NCBI GenBank assembly: GCA_964016885.1
Contig: OZ024761.1
Location: forward strand, 21,886,001 to 21,950,000
Source of the DNA: Eledone cirrhosa
Taxonomy: Eukaryota
Length of the DNA stretch: 64,000 bases
Reading direction: 5' to 3'
Shown here: in pieces, positions 1 through 12,589 of the stretch
How positions within the stretch are numbered: the stretch's first letter is position 1
How the letters are laid out: every line of letters begins with the position of its first letter
Notes under the pieces: model-generated
What the model was told of the DNA's origin: nothing
The model's database searches: none
Seen by the model: the letters and a program-made list of their open reading frames with translations, nothing else
Made by a program: the position numbers and the translations under genes

Positions 1-1075
1 ACATACACATAGATACAATAACACATACACACAGATACAATAACACATACACACACAGATACAATAACACATACACACAGATACAATAACACATACACAC
101 ACAGATACACTAACACATACACATAGATACAATAACACATACACACAGATACAATAACACATACACACACAGATACAATAACACATACACACACAGATAC
201 AATAACACATACACAGATACACTAACACATACACATAGATACAATAACACATACACACACAGATACAATAACACATACACACAGATACAATAACACACAC
301 ACAGATACACTAACACATACACATAGATACAATAACACATACACACACAGATACAATAACACATACACACAGATACAATAACACATACACACAGATACAA
401 TAACACACACACAGATACACTAACACATACACATAGATACAATAACACACACACACAGATACACTAACACATACACACAGATACAATAACACATACACAC
501 ACAGATACAATAACACACACACAGATACACTAACACATACACACAGATACAATAACACATACACACACACATACAATAACACATACACACACAGATACAA
601 TAACACACACACACACAGATACACTAACACATACACATAGATACAATAACACATACACACACAGATACAATAACACATACACACAGATACAATAACACAT
701 ACACACAGATACAATAACACATACACACAGATACAATAACACATACACACAGATACAATAACACATACACACACACATACAATAACACATACACACACAG
801 ATACAATAACACATACACACACAGATACAATAACACATACACACAGATACAATAACACATACACACACAGATACAATAACACATACACACAGATACAATA
901 ACACATACACACACAGATACAATAACACATACACACAGATACAATAACACATACACACAGATACAATAACACATACACACACAGATACAATAACACATAC
1001 ACACACAGATACAATAACACACACACACACAGATACAATAACACACACACACAGATACAATAACACACACACATA
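1..1075. repeat. CA-rich minisatellite, ~22-24 bp unit (ACACATACACACAGATACAATA), truncated by window start
   Basis: Direct tandem repetition; accounts for the C/V/Y-rich ORFs at 110-1397. Confidence 0.95.
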
Positions 1076-1084
1076 TATATATAT

Positions 1085-1115
<31 letters not shown>

Positions 1116-1164
1116 CACACACATATATACATACACATACACACATGCACACACACACACATAT

Positions 1165-1195
<31 letters not shown>

Positions 1196-1519
1196 CACAT
1201 ACACACATCAGAAACACACACATACATAGACACAAAGACACACAGATATAGGTGATGCATGAGAGAGCAGTAGTGTGTGTACACACGTGTGTAGATGTAA
1301 GAGAAAGAGGGGTAGTATGTGTGTGTGTGTGTGTGTATAGATGTAAGAGGAAGAGAGGTAGTATGTGTATGGGGGGGGGGGGGGGAATTAAGGTCATAAC
1401 TTAATGATTAACAGAATAAGATATAATTAAAATGTAACAAAATGTAGGTCAAATCTATTATGAAACGAGGTCAAGTTAGATGGAATAAGGACAGGGGTTT
1501 TATAACAATATTATACTAT

Positions 1520-1910
1520 GATCCCGCCGAGGTTAACTTTGCCTTTCATCCTTACGGGGTCGACAAAATACCAGTAATACACTGGGGTAATTGCTGGCCT
1601 TGTGCCAAAAGTAGAAACAATTATATCAAGGCAGAGTCGGTAGAGTTTTCGGACAAAATGTTTTATGGCACAGAGTTACGTCCCTTTACATTCTGAGTTC
1701 AAATCCCGCTGAGGTTAGCTTTGCCTTTCATCCTTACAGGGTTGATAAAATAAAGTACCAGTAATGCACTGAGGTAATTGCTGGCCTTGTGCCAAAAGTA
1801 GAAACAATTATTTTATGTTGTTGTGTATTAAAATTAATATCTGGGGTCAATTTAATCGACTTTCCCTCTCCCCAAAAATTGCTGACCTTGTCCCTATAAT
1901 AGAAACCCTT
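1520..1910 (+). mobile_element. Cluster of partial tRNA-derived SINE copies (family A)
   Basis: Core GAGTTCAAATCCCGCCGAGGTTAACTTTGCCTTTCATCCTTACGGGGTCGATAAAATAAAGTACCAGT and 3' TGTGCCAAAAGTAGAAAC shared with many copies in the window. Confidence 0.85.
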
Positions 1911-2086
1911 ATTTTTATTTGGAATACAGCATGGCCAAGAGGTTGTCTGCTTTGCAACCGGTTGGTTGTGGGTTCAATCCCGGTGTCTGGAATATTGTCT
2001 AAAGTGTGTGCCAAGCCCGGTATGGAGGGGGGGGGGGGGCTGGGTCATCAGGCCGGTACTTATACAGATTTCCATTTCTTGAAGCG

Positions 2087-3292
2087 ACTGAGTGTACACG
2101 ACTCCTCACTTGAGTGTACAAGACTCCTCACTTGAGTGTACAAGACTCCCCACTTGAGTGTACACGACTCCTCACTTGAGTGTACACGGCTCCTCACTTG
2201 AGTGTACAAGACTCCCCACTTGAGTGTACAAGACTCCCCACTTGAGTGTACAAGACTCCTCACTTGAGTGTACACGGCTCCTCACTTGAGTGTACAAGAC
2301 TCCTCACTTGAGTGTACAAGACTCCCCACTTGAGTGTACAAGACTCCTCACTTGAGTGTACAAGACTCCTCACTTGAGTGTACAAGACTCCTCACTTGAG
2401 TGTACAAGACTCCTCACTTGAGTGTACAAGACTCCTCACTTGAGTGTACAAGACTCCTCACTTGAGTGTACAAGACTCCCCACTTGAGTGTACACGGCTC
2501 CTCACTTGAGTGTACAAGACTCCTCACTTGAGTGTACAAGACTCCTCACTTGAGTGTACACGACTCCTCACTTGAGTGTACAAGACTCCTCACTTGAGTG
2601 TACAAGACTCCTCACTTGAGTGTACAAGACTCCTCACTTGAGTGTACAAGACTCCCCACTTGAGTGTACACGGCTCCTCACTTGAGTGTACAAGACTCCT
2701 CACTTGAGTGTACAAGACTCCTCACTTGAGTGTACACGACTCCTCACTTGAGTGTACACGACTCCTCACTTGAGTGTACAAGACTCCCCACTTGAGTGTA
2801 CAAGACTCCTCACTTGAGTGTACACGGCTCCTCACTTGAGTGTACAAGACTCCTCACTTGAGTGTACAAGACTCCCCACTTGAGTGTACAAGACTCCTCA
2901 CTTGAGTGTACAAGACTCCTCACTTGAGTGTACAAGACTCCTCACTTGAGTGTACAAGACTCCTCACTTGAGTGTACAAGACTCCTCACTTGAGTGTACA
3001 AGACTCCTCACTTGAGTGTACAAGACTCCCCACTTGAGTGTACACGGCTCCTCACTTGAGTGTACAAGACTCCTCACTTGAGTGTACAAGACTCCTCACT
3101 TGAGTGTACACGACTCCTCACTTGAGTGTACAAGACTCCTCACTTGAGTGTACAAGACTCCTCACTTGAGTGTACAAGACTCCTCACTTGAGTGTACAAG
3201 ACTCCTCATTTGAGTGTACACAACTCCTCACTTAAGTGTACAAGACTCCTCACTTGAGTGTACAAGACTCCTCACTTGAGTGTACAAGACTT
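2087..3292. repeat. 22-bp minisatellite (CTTGAGTGTACAAGACTCCTCA), ~55 copies
   Basis: Direct tandem repetition; rare variant CGGCTC recurs at a 550-bp (25-unit) offset. Confidence 0.97.
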
Positions 3293-3642
3293 CAGTCCCA
3301 CCCCTTGGGACAGGGTTAAACTAGTTCTAAGATACATCTTACCTGATTGTACGTGGACTGAGAATACAACTGGTGAAACCAATGTTTTCAATTTCCTAAA
3401 AGACAGAAAGAAAAGAAGACGAAGGTGAAATATTAAAACCAAACTTTACCGGAGAAGGTTTAACCCTTTCGTTACCAGATTTCTGTGGTTTTGTAATAAT
3501 TTTTAAAATAACCAAGAATTTGAAGGAATTCAGTGAAAACCTTCCATCATAATTTTATATAAGAATCTTTGTTAAATTTTAAATGTTGTTGATGGTGATG
3601 GTGGTGGTGGTGAGGAGGAGAGGAGAAGAGAAGCAAGCCTAC

Positions 3643-3769
3643 CACACGAAGTCCTTGTTTCGGTAACTTGAGGTAAACCTTGCCGAAACTGAAAATACTT
3701 GTCCATCCGACCTTCACCTCAGCCTGGAAACGTCTGCGGAGTTTCCGTTTCATGAGCCACACCAGAAAC
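3643..3769 (-). CDS. BLTP2: BLTP2/KIAA0100 (hobbit) coding exon 2: (R)FLVWLMKRKLRRRFQAEVKVGWTSIFSFGKVYLKLPKQGLRV
   Basis: Acceptor ttttgtctgttgcag|G and donor GTG|gtaggc. The first base completes the AG|G Arg codon from exon 1. Resembles the recalled human KIAA0100 segment [37 protein letters not shown]. The gene continues left out of the window. Confidence 0.88.
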
Positions 3770-3881
3770 CTGCAACAGACAAAACAGTCATTGGAAGGAA
3801 ATCTTTAAAACACAAACAACTTCACGTCTGGCTTTTACAGTCACGGAATAATGTTAAAACTGCTCCTAATTCTAGGAATAA

Positions 3882-3914
<33 letters not shown>

Positions 3915-4153
3915 GGATATATGTGTGGGTATGTATGAGAGAGAATAAGTGTGTGTGTCTGTGATAGAGAGATGATGTGTGTGTAAGAGAGAGAGAAAGA
4001 TGATTGTGAGAGAGAGAGAGAGAGACGATGTGTGTGTGAGAGAGAGATGGTGTGTGTGTGAGAGAGACGATGTGTGAGAGAGAAAGATGGTGTGTGAGAG
4101 AGAGAGAGACAATGTGTGTGAGAGAGAGAGACAATGTGTGAGAAAAAGACAAT

Positions 4154-4197
<44 letters not shown>

Positions 4198-5124
4198 TAG
4201 AGAGTTGGGAAGAGAGTGTGCTGAAATAAAAAGGGGGAAATCGATAATTTTTCTTATCGATAATTTTCTTTTAAAACCCAAATGAGTTGTTTAGTTTTAA
4301 AAGCCAGAATTAGTTGTTTAGTTTACATATTGACACCCTAACCCATCCTATTTATTTTATAACATATGGGATTTCTAGCAATGTACTTTTTTTTGTCATA
4401 TGTAATGTCTTTTAATGTCTAAACAAAATTAATTATCGCAGGAATGTTACTACTTAAAATAAAATGTCGGCAAACATTTAATAAGCTGGGGAGGGAGGAA
4501 GATCGAGACTCGACAGTACAGGACAGGACAGGAGGGGAGAGGGTGAGAGTGTTAAACCCTATTATGAGTGACAATGATAACCCACACACTTAACGCCTAA
4601 AATAGCTGCTGCGAACTTAAGAGAATCACAGGCATGTGTTTGAGTGTGTCTGTGTTTGTTTAGACGATAGCTGGCGGAAAAGATCTACTATATTAAGGGA
4701 AATAACTCGAGTGGCTCCAGTTAAATATCATTTACTTCCCTTGGCACGGTCAAATACTTCCTTGAACAGAAGATAACGCCAACTCCAGCTGGCGACCTAC
4801 CGTAACACCAACACTACTACCCCACGTCCTACCGTGACACCACTACCACCACAACTACAACCCATACCACTACCACCACTACTAGCACCCCTTCCACTAG
4901 CACCAGTCACCACTATTACGACTACCACCACCACTACAACCGCTACAACCACCACCAATCACCACTAGCACCCTTACCACAACCACCACCCTACCACCGC
5001 CCCTACCACAACCACCAGTTACCATTTCTACTAGAAAACACCTTTAAATAGAAACTGTTGATTTGATGTTTAAAGAGATGAAAAGAGGAAGATTTACTGA
5101 TTAAACTAACTGGGGGGAGGGGGG

Positions 5125-5430
5125 AGGGAGAATTACGGAATTATAGAATATATATATATAGAGAGAGAGAGAGGGAGGGAGAATTACGGAATTATAGAAT
5201 ATATATATATATAGAGAGAGAGAGAGGAGGGGATTACGGAATTACAGAATATATATATATATATATATTATAATTCCGTAATTCTCCCCCTTCCTCTCTC
5301 TCTCTATCTATATATATATTCTATAATTCCGTAATTCTCCCTCCCTCCCTCTCTCTATCTATCTATATATATATATATAGGGAGAGAGAAAGGTAGGGGG
5401 AATTACGGAATTATATATATATATATATAT
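5125..5430. repeat. Mixed tandem and inverted GA/TA repeat with core GAATTACGGAATTATAGAATATA
   Basis: Three forward copies, two inverted copies (TAATTCCGTAATTCTCC), then one more forward copy. Confidence 0.8.
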
Positions 5431-5744
5431 ATAATGTAGGAGGTGAGTTTTATTGTATAACAATAAAGAAATGCTTTATTAAAATATATTTTAGTCTTCA
5501 AATTTATTATTATTACTATATATATATATATATATAATATATATATATATATAGAGAGAGAGAGAGGTAAATTATAAAGAGAGGAGGGGGAATTACATAA
5601 TAGATATATAAAGAGAAGAAGAGAGAGGAAATAGAAAGAGACAGAGAGAGAGCGAGTAAAGGTATAGGGAGAGGCGGAAGACAGGGAATTACGGAATATG
5701 TAGAGGGGCAGAGATAGAGAGAGTAAATGTATAGAGAGACGAGA

Positions 5745-6110
5745 GGGGGACAAGGTATTATAGAATATATAGAGGGAGAGATAGAGAGAGTAAAGATATA
5801 GAGAGAAGAGAGGGGGACAAGGTATTATAGAATATATAGAGGGAGAGATAGAGAGAGTAAAGATATAGAGAGAAGAGAGGGGGACAAGGTATTATAGAAT
5901 ATATAGAGGGAGAGATAGAGAGAGTAAAGATATAGAGAGAAGAGAGGGGGACAAGGTATTATAGAATATATAGAGGGAGAGATAGAGAGAGTAAATGTAT
6001 AGAGAGAAGAGAGGGGGACAAGGTATTATAGAATATATAGAGGGAGATATAGAGAGAGTAAATGTATAGAGAGAAGAGAGGGGGACAAGGTATTATAGAA
6101 TATATAGAGG
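5745..6110. repeat. ~67-bp purine-rich minisatellite (GGGGGACAAGGTATTATAGAATATATAGAGGGAGAGATAG...)
   Basis: 5-6 direct copies. Confidence 0.9.
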
Positions 6111-7538
6111 GAGGGGGAGCTAAGACTACGGAATTGGCACTCGAAGAAAGGGGGGGGGGCAATAAATAGAGGAAGAGAAGGAGAGGGAAAACTACAGCAG
6201 AGGGAGGGGGGAATAAGGAAAAGGGAGAAAGAAATATATTAAAAATAGCAGCTTATTCTCCCTCAACTTACACCCACACTTTAATATACATGACCTACAG
6301 AAGAAAGTGTGTGTGAAAATGAGAGTTTGTGTGAGTGTGTGTGTATGCGTGTGAGAGAATGAGTGTAAGTGAGTGTGCGCGTGTGAAAATGAGAGTTTGT
6401 GTGTGTGTGTGTGTGTATGCGTGTGAGAGAGTGAGTGTAAGTGAGTGTGCGTGTGTGAAAATGAAAGTTTGTGTGAGTGTGTGTGTGTATGCGTGTGAGA
6501 GAGTGAGTGTAAGTGAGTGTGCGTGTGTGAAAATGAGAGTTTGTGTGTGTGTGATTAAGTGGAAGAAAGTATGTGCATGTGTGTGCGTGAAAGAGAGAGA
6601 TAGATAGAAGAAGAGGGAGAAGGTGAAACTACGGAAGAGAGAGAGAGAGTGTGTGTGTGTGAAAATGAGAGTGTGTGAGTGTGATTAAGAGGAAGAAAGC
6701 ATGTGCATGTGTGTGAAAGAGAGAGAGGGGGGGGGTAGGTGAAACTACGGAAGAGAGGGTGTGCGTGTGTGTGTGAAAGAGAGAGAGAGGTAGAAACGGA
6801 GAAGGTGAAACTACGGAAGAGAGAGAGAGAGAGTGTGAATAAGTGTATTTCCACGTAAAACGTGTGATGTGTTCCCAGATATTTAAAGTAGTAATGTACC
6901 TGATAAGAGAGAGAGAGGGGGAAGTGAGGAAGACAGGGTGAAGATAGAGTGGCAGGAAGGGGTAGGATAGGGACAAGAAGAGAGGGAGAGATATAGACAT
7001 GAGAGAGAGGGGAGGTAAAGACAAGAAGAGGGAGGGAACAGAAAAGGTAACAATAAAAGAGAGAGGGGGGCAATACCAAGATGAGAGAGAGAGAGAGAGA
7101 GAATGGAGAGAGACACAGAGAGACAGAGAGAGAGAGAGATATAGAACTACACAGAGAAAGAGATACAGAGATAAAGAGAGATAGACAGAGTTACAGAGAT
7201 GGAAGGAGCAAGAGAGAGCGAGGAGGAGGTCGAAGAAGAAGTGAGAGAAAGAGAGGGAGGGAGGGAGAGAGAGAGGGAGAGTGCGTGTAAGAGAGAGAGA
7301 GGGAGTGTAAGAGAGGAAATAGCTGTTATCGATATTCCACTGTGGTGTATTTCTAGAAGCAGCCATGCGACAGTTAATCAAAGGATGTCTTAATTCAGAT
7401 ATCGTTTTTATTGGTTCTACATATCGCATTAATAGCTAGGAACATTGTAATATATATATATATGTATATATATATGTATATATATATATGTATATATATA
7501 TATGTATATGTATATATACTTACATCCATATGTGTGTG

Positions 7539-7579
<41 letters not shown>

Positions 7580-7655
7580 CACACACATATATATATATAT
7601 AGATATATATATACACACACATATATAAGACAAGTGATCGCTATAACCTATTACG

Positions 7656-7862
7656 GAGGGCGGTGGATTGGCAGTATCGGTAGAGGGTCGGACGCTATAG
7701 AGTTACGGCCCTTTATGATCTGAGTTCAAATCCCGCCGAGGTTAACTTTGCCTTTCATCCTTACGGGGTCGATAAAATAAAGTACCAGTCACGCACTGAG
7801 GTCGATTTAATCGACTTTCCCCTACCCCAAAATTGCTGGCCTTGTGCCTATAGTAGAATCCA
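7656..7862 (+). mobile_element. Full-length tRNA-derived SINE (family A) with 15-bp target-site duplication
   Basis: A-box-like TGGCAGTATCGG, B-box GAGTTCAAATCCC and family core. CTATAACCTATTACG is duplicated at 7641-7655 and 7863-7877. Confidence 0.92.
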
Positions 7863-7904
7863 CTATAACCTATTACGAACCCAACCCAGGTGTGAGTGTA
7901 TGTG

Positions 7905-7959
<55 letters not shown>

Positions 7960-8006
7960 ATATGTATGTGTGTGTAATAGGTCGACTCGTGATGGGTATC
8001 GGGAGG

Positions 8007-8060
8007 TGACTTTCCTGATGATTTCATACGAATGAAACAGTTCTAGTCCTGTAGAAGTCA
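8007..8060 (+). ncRNA. Type I hammerhead ribozyme motif
   Basis: Stem I TGACTTTC/GAAGTCA (one bulge); core CTGATGA 8015-8021; weak stem II T-TTC-ATAC-GAA-T; GAAA; stem III ACAG/CTGT; GTA cleavage triplet (cut after 8053). A related 3' half lies on the minus strand at ~57126-57158. Confidence 0.65.
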
Positions 8061-8064
8061 TATC

Positions 8065-8151
<87 letters not shown>

Positions 8152-8190
8152 TGCGGTGCTGAGACCAGGGATATCACTAATCACAGGACT

Positions 8191-8791
8191 CAATGGCGGA
8201 CTAGGTCTAAAAATATCGGGTGCCAGATGAAGGGGACCCACCTACATATAGAATGCTATCATTTAATTTTGATTTTGAAAGTAGGTTTATAATTATTCAT
8301 TTTCATTTTACTATTGTAGTTGTTTCGGTGGCCGAGTGGGAGGGATTATAGACGGTGGGGTGGTCCTGGTCTAAAGTTCGATCCTGGTCGGGAGAAGGGC
8401 TTCCCGGTAAACCTTTTCAGTCTTTTTTCTATGGGATGTAAAATAAAAACTAAAAGACATTTATATCTACCTCTTGACCAGGATTGAACCCAAGACCAGG
8501 ATCTCCACCGTCTCTAGTACATACCGCTGGGCCACTGAGACAACTACGAAAATCTTATGAAAATTCATACTTATAAACCTACTTTCAAAATTTTCAAAAC
8601 AAAATGATGTGATATCGTTGACCAAATGCTTTGCTTAATTGTTTTATTTATTTTTAAAAAAAATTTATTCTTTCTCTTAGACTTCAGGTATTTTTGAAAG
8701 CTAAGCATTGGCCCCTAAAATACTATAGTGGGCCCTGCAATGCTACTGTGGAGCCCACTTGCCATTGGGCAACCTGGCCAGTCCGCCACTG
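8191..8791. mobile_element. Non-autonomous DNA transposon (hAT-like TIRs) containing an internal inverted-repeat element
   Basis: Left end CAATGGCGGACTAGG versus right-end reverse complement CAGTGGCGGACTGGC. Internal arms at 8272-8394 and 8471-8591. No clear TSD. Confidence 0.65.
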
Positions 8792-9364
8792 ATGGGTGTA
8801 TTCAATACATGGTGAGCTGCAGAGTGGATGTAGAGATATGTAAAATCCTGGGGTTTTTTACACACAATGGATCCGGTGAATAGTACGAGATATTTTCAAA
8901 AGAAATCTATTAAATGATGCCAAATTCAATTTACAGGTGGTCTGTGGAATACTCAGACACTTATTTACAGGTGGTCTGTGGAATACTCAGACACTTATTT
9001 ACACGTCTCAACAAATAGATTGTTCTGGAACTGATCAAACAATTGGAAAACATTCAACGTCGAGAGCGACGAAGACCCGTATATTGATTTATTTCACATG
9101 CAGAGTTTCGGCCTTTGCTATCAACGCAATTAACTGCATGTATGAGTGTGTATGTATATATGGGAGGGGGTGTATATGTGTGTGTATGTGTGGATGTGTG
9201 TATATATATATATGGGGGTGGGTATATACATGTGTGTGTGTTTGTGTGAGGATGCATGTGTCTATGTGTGTCTGTATATGCATGTAAGGGAGTTCTTTAA
9301 CTCTCATACGAGAGCTATTCGTTCTATGACCATACTTCATAATCTTTTCACATAAGGCAACCCC

Positions 9365-9619
9365 CTCCCCTTAACAGGCTAGAACCACTCGCACCTGTCC
9401 GTTCTGTAATACAAAACCGTTTAAAATTGTTTACATGCATTCATAAACCTTCCATTAGAATTTTATTTAGGAACCTTTGGTAAATTATGTTCCAAATGCA
9501 AACTTAATATCGAGCAAGTTATATTGATAAATATTTCCAAATCTGTTATTTTCAAATTTCAAATGTATAGTGGCATAAACAGTGTCTTTCATTAGAAATA
9601 TGGTAATGAAAGGGTTAAT
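9365..9619 (-). mobile_element. piggyBac-type MITE (TTAA-CCCTTT end), body of the copy whose terminus seeds the 48-bp array
   Basis: Reverse complement begins TTAACCCTTTCATTACCATATTTCTAATG; similar ends at 3460, 15359 and 62762. Confidence 0.65.
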
Positions 9620-12162
9620 GGCATAGACAGTGTCTTTCATTAGAAATATGGTAATGAAAGGGTTAATGGCATAAACAGTGTCTTTCATTAGAAATATGGT
9701 AATGAAAGGGTTAATGGCATAAACAGTGTCTTTCATTAGAAATATGGTAATGAAAGGGTTAATGGCATAAACAGTGTCTTTCATTAGAAATATGGTAATG
9801 AAAGGGTTAATGGCATAAACAGTGTCTTTCATTAGAAATATGGTAATGAAAGGGTTAATGGCATAGACAGTGTCTTTCATTAGAAATATGGTAATGAAAG
9901 GGTTAATGGCATAAACAGTGTCTTTCATTAGAAATATGGTAATGAAAGGGTTAATGGCATAAACAGTGTCTTTCATTAGAAATATGGTAATGAAAGGGTT
10001 AATGGCATAGACAGTGTCTTTCATTAGAAATATGGTAATGAAAGGGTTAATGGCATAAACAGTGTCTTTCATTAGAAATATGGTAATGAAAGGGTTAATG
10101 ACATAAACAGTGTCTTTCATTAGAAATATGGTAATGAAAGGGTTAATGGCATAAACAGTGTCTTTCATTAGAAATATGGTAATGAAAGGGTTAATGACAT
10201 AAACAGTGTCTTTCATTAGAAATATGGTAATGAAAGGGTTAATGGCATAAACAGTGTCTTTCATTAGAAATATGGTAATGAAAGGGTTAATGGCATAAAC
10301 AGTGTCTTTCATTAGAAATATGGTAATGAAAGGGTTAATGGCATAAACAGTGTCTTTCATTAGAAATATGGTAATGAAAGGGTTAATGGCATAAACAGTG
10401 TCTTTCATTAGAAATATGGTAATGAAAGGGTTAATGGCATAAACAGTGTCTTTCATTAGAAATATGGTAATGAAAGGGTTAATGGCATAAACAGTGTCTT
10501 TCATTAGAAATATGGTAATGAAAGGGTTAATGGCATAAACAGTGTCTTTCATTAGAAATATGGTAATGAAAGGGTTAATGGCATAAACAGTGTCTTTCAT
10601 TAGAAATATGGTAATGAAAGGGTTAATGGCATAAACAGTGTCTTTCATTAGAAATATGGTAATGAAAGGGTTAATGGCATAAACAGTGTCTTTCATTAGA
10701 AATATGGTAATGAAAGGGTTAATGGCATAAACAGTGTCTTTCATTAGAAATATGGTAATGAAAGGGTTAATGGCATAAACAGTGTCTTTCATTAGAAATA
10801 TGGTAATGAAAGGGTTAATGGCATAAACAGTGTCTTTCATTAGAAATATGGTAATGAAAGGGTTAATGGCATAAACAGTGTCTTTCATTAGAAATATGGT
10901 AATGAAAGGGTTAATGGCATAAACAGTGTTTTTCATTAGAAATATGGTAATGAAAGGGTTAATGGCATAAACAGTGTCTTTCATTAGAAATATGGTAATG
11001 AAAGGGTTAATGACATAAACAGTGTCTTTCATTAGAAATATGGTAATGAAAGGGTTAATGGCATAAACAGTGTCTTTCATTAGAAATATGGTAATGAAAG
11101 GGTTAATGGCATAAACAGTGTCTTTCATTAGAAATATGGTAATGAAAGGGTTAATGACATAAACAGTGTCTTTCATTAGAAATATGGTAATGAAAGCGTT
11201 AATGACATAGGCAGTGTCTTTCATTAGAAATATGGCAATGAAAGGGTTAATGACATAGACAGTGTCTTTCATTAGAAATATGGTAATGGAAGGGTTAATG
11301 GCATAGACAGTGTCTTTCATTAGAAATATGGTAATGAAAGGGTTAATGGCATAAACAGTGTCTTTCATTAGAAATATGGTAATGAAAGGGTTAATGACAT
11401 AGACAGTGTCTTTCATTAGAAATATGGTAATGGAAGGGTTAATGGCATAGACAGTGTCTTTCATTAGAAATATGGTAATGAAAGGGTTAATGGCATAAAC
11501 AGTGTCTTTCATTAGAAATATGGTAATGAAAGGGTTAATGACATAAACAGTGTCTTTCATTAGAAATATGGTAATGAAAGGGTTAATGACATAGACAGTG
11601 TCTTTCATTAGAAATATGTTAATGAAAGGGTTAATGACAAAGGCAGTGTCTTTCATTAGAAATATGGTAATGAAAGGGTTAATGACATAAACAGTGTCTT
11701 TCATTAGAAATATGGTAATGAAAGAGTTAATGATATAGACAGTGTCTTTCATTAGAAATATGGTAATGAAAGCGTTAATGACATAGGCAGTGTCTTTCAT
11801 TAGAAATATGTTAATGAAAGGGTTAATGACATAGACAGTGTCTTTCATTAGAAATATGTTAATGAAAGGGTTAATGACATAGACAGTGTCTTTCATTAGA
11901 AATATGGTAACGAAAGGGTTAATGACATAGACTGTGTCTTTCATTAGAAATATGGTAATGAAAGGGTTAATGACATAGACAGTGTCTTTAATTAGATATA
12001 TGGTAATGAAAGGGTCAATGACATAGAAAGTGTCTTTCATTTGAAATATGGTAATGAAAGGGTTAATGACATAGACAGTGTCTTTCATTAGAAATATGGT
12101 AATGAAAGGGTTAATGACATAGACAGTGTCTTTCATTAGAAATATGGTAATGAAAGGGTTAA
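9572..12162. repeat. 48-bp satellite (GCATAAACAGTGTCTTTCATTAGAAATATGGTAATGAAAGGGTTAATG), ~54 copies
   Basis: Direct tandem repetition, homogeneous on the left and more diverged on the right; source of the spurious 910-aa ORF. Confidence 0.97.
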
Positions 12163-12372
12163 GGTCTAGTAATGCGCCCAAAACAACTTGCGGTCCTGTT
12201 GACCCTAATGGTAACACCAGTTTGCCTAGTTATGCCATTAATTAATAAAATGTGACCAATCAGGTTTTTTATTGAAATGAGTAGAGAGAAAAACACACAA
12301 ATCTCTGCAAAGCATTCTTTAAACAAAAGCGAAAAAAAAATTGACACATCACACAATATGACCCTTAGGAAA

Positions 12373-12497
12373 TTGCGTCACCGGAGTAGATGTGACGTCA
12401 CTGAGGTAGCTGTGACGTCACTGAGGTAGCTGTGACGTCACTGAGGTAGCTGTGACGTCACTGAGGTAGCTGTGACGTCACAGTGGTAGCTCTGACA
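12373..12497. promoter_or_regulatory. 20-bp tandem repeat carrying five perfect CRE sites (TGACGTCA)
   Basis: TGACGTCA at 12393, 12413, 12433, 12453 and 12473, each within the palindrome GTGACGTCAC; regulatory function is inferred, not shown. Confidence 0.6.
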
Positions 12498-12589
12498 TTA
12501 TAACTGAATGGCCTTTTCAATACAACCTCCTCCACATACTCTATACGGAAACAGTTCAGTGGATTGGTCATTGTGATGTCCTATAGTGA

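Noticed and set aside
2087-3292. CRISPR-like appearance of this and other arrays
   Set aside because: Head-to-tail repeats with no unique spacers, no cas genes, eukaryotic context
8320-8394. Possible tRNA gene
   Set aside because: A and B boxes are present but no clean cloverleaf; part of an inverted-repeat element
9485-12217. 910-aa repeat-protein ORF
   Set aside because: Unit length of 48 is divisible by 3 and derives from a MITE terminus; no gene context
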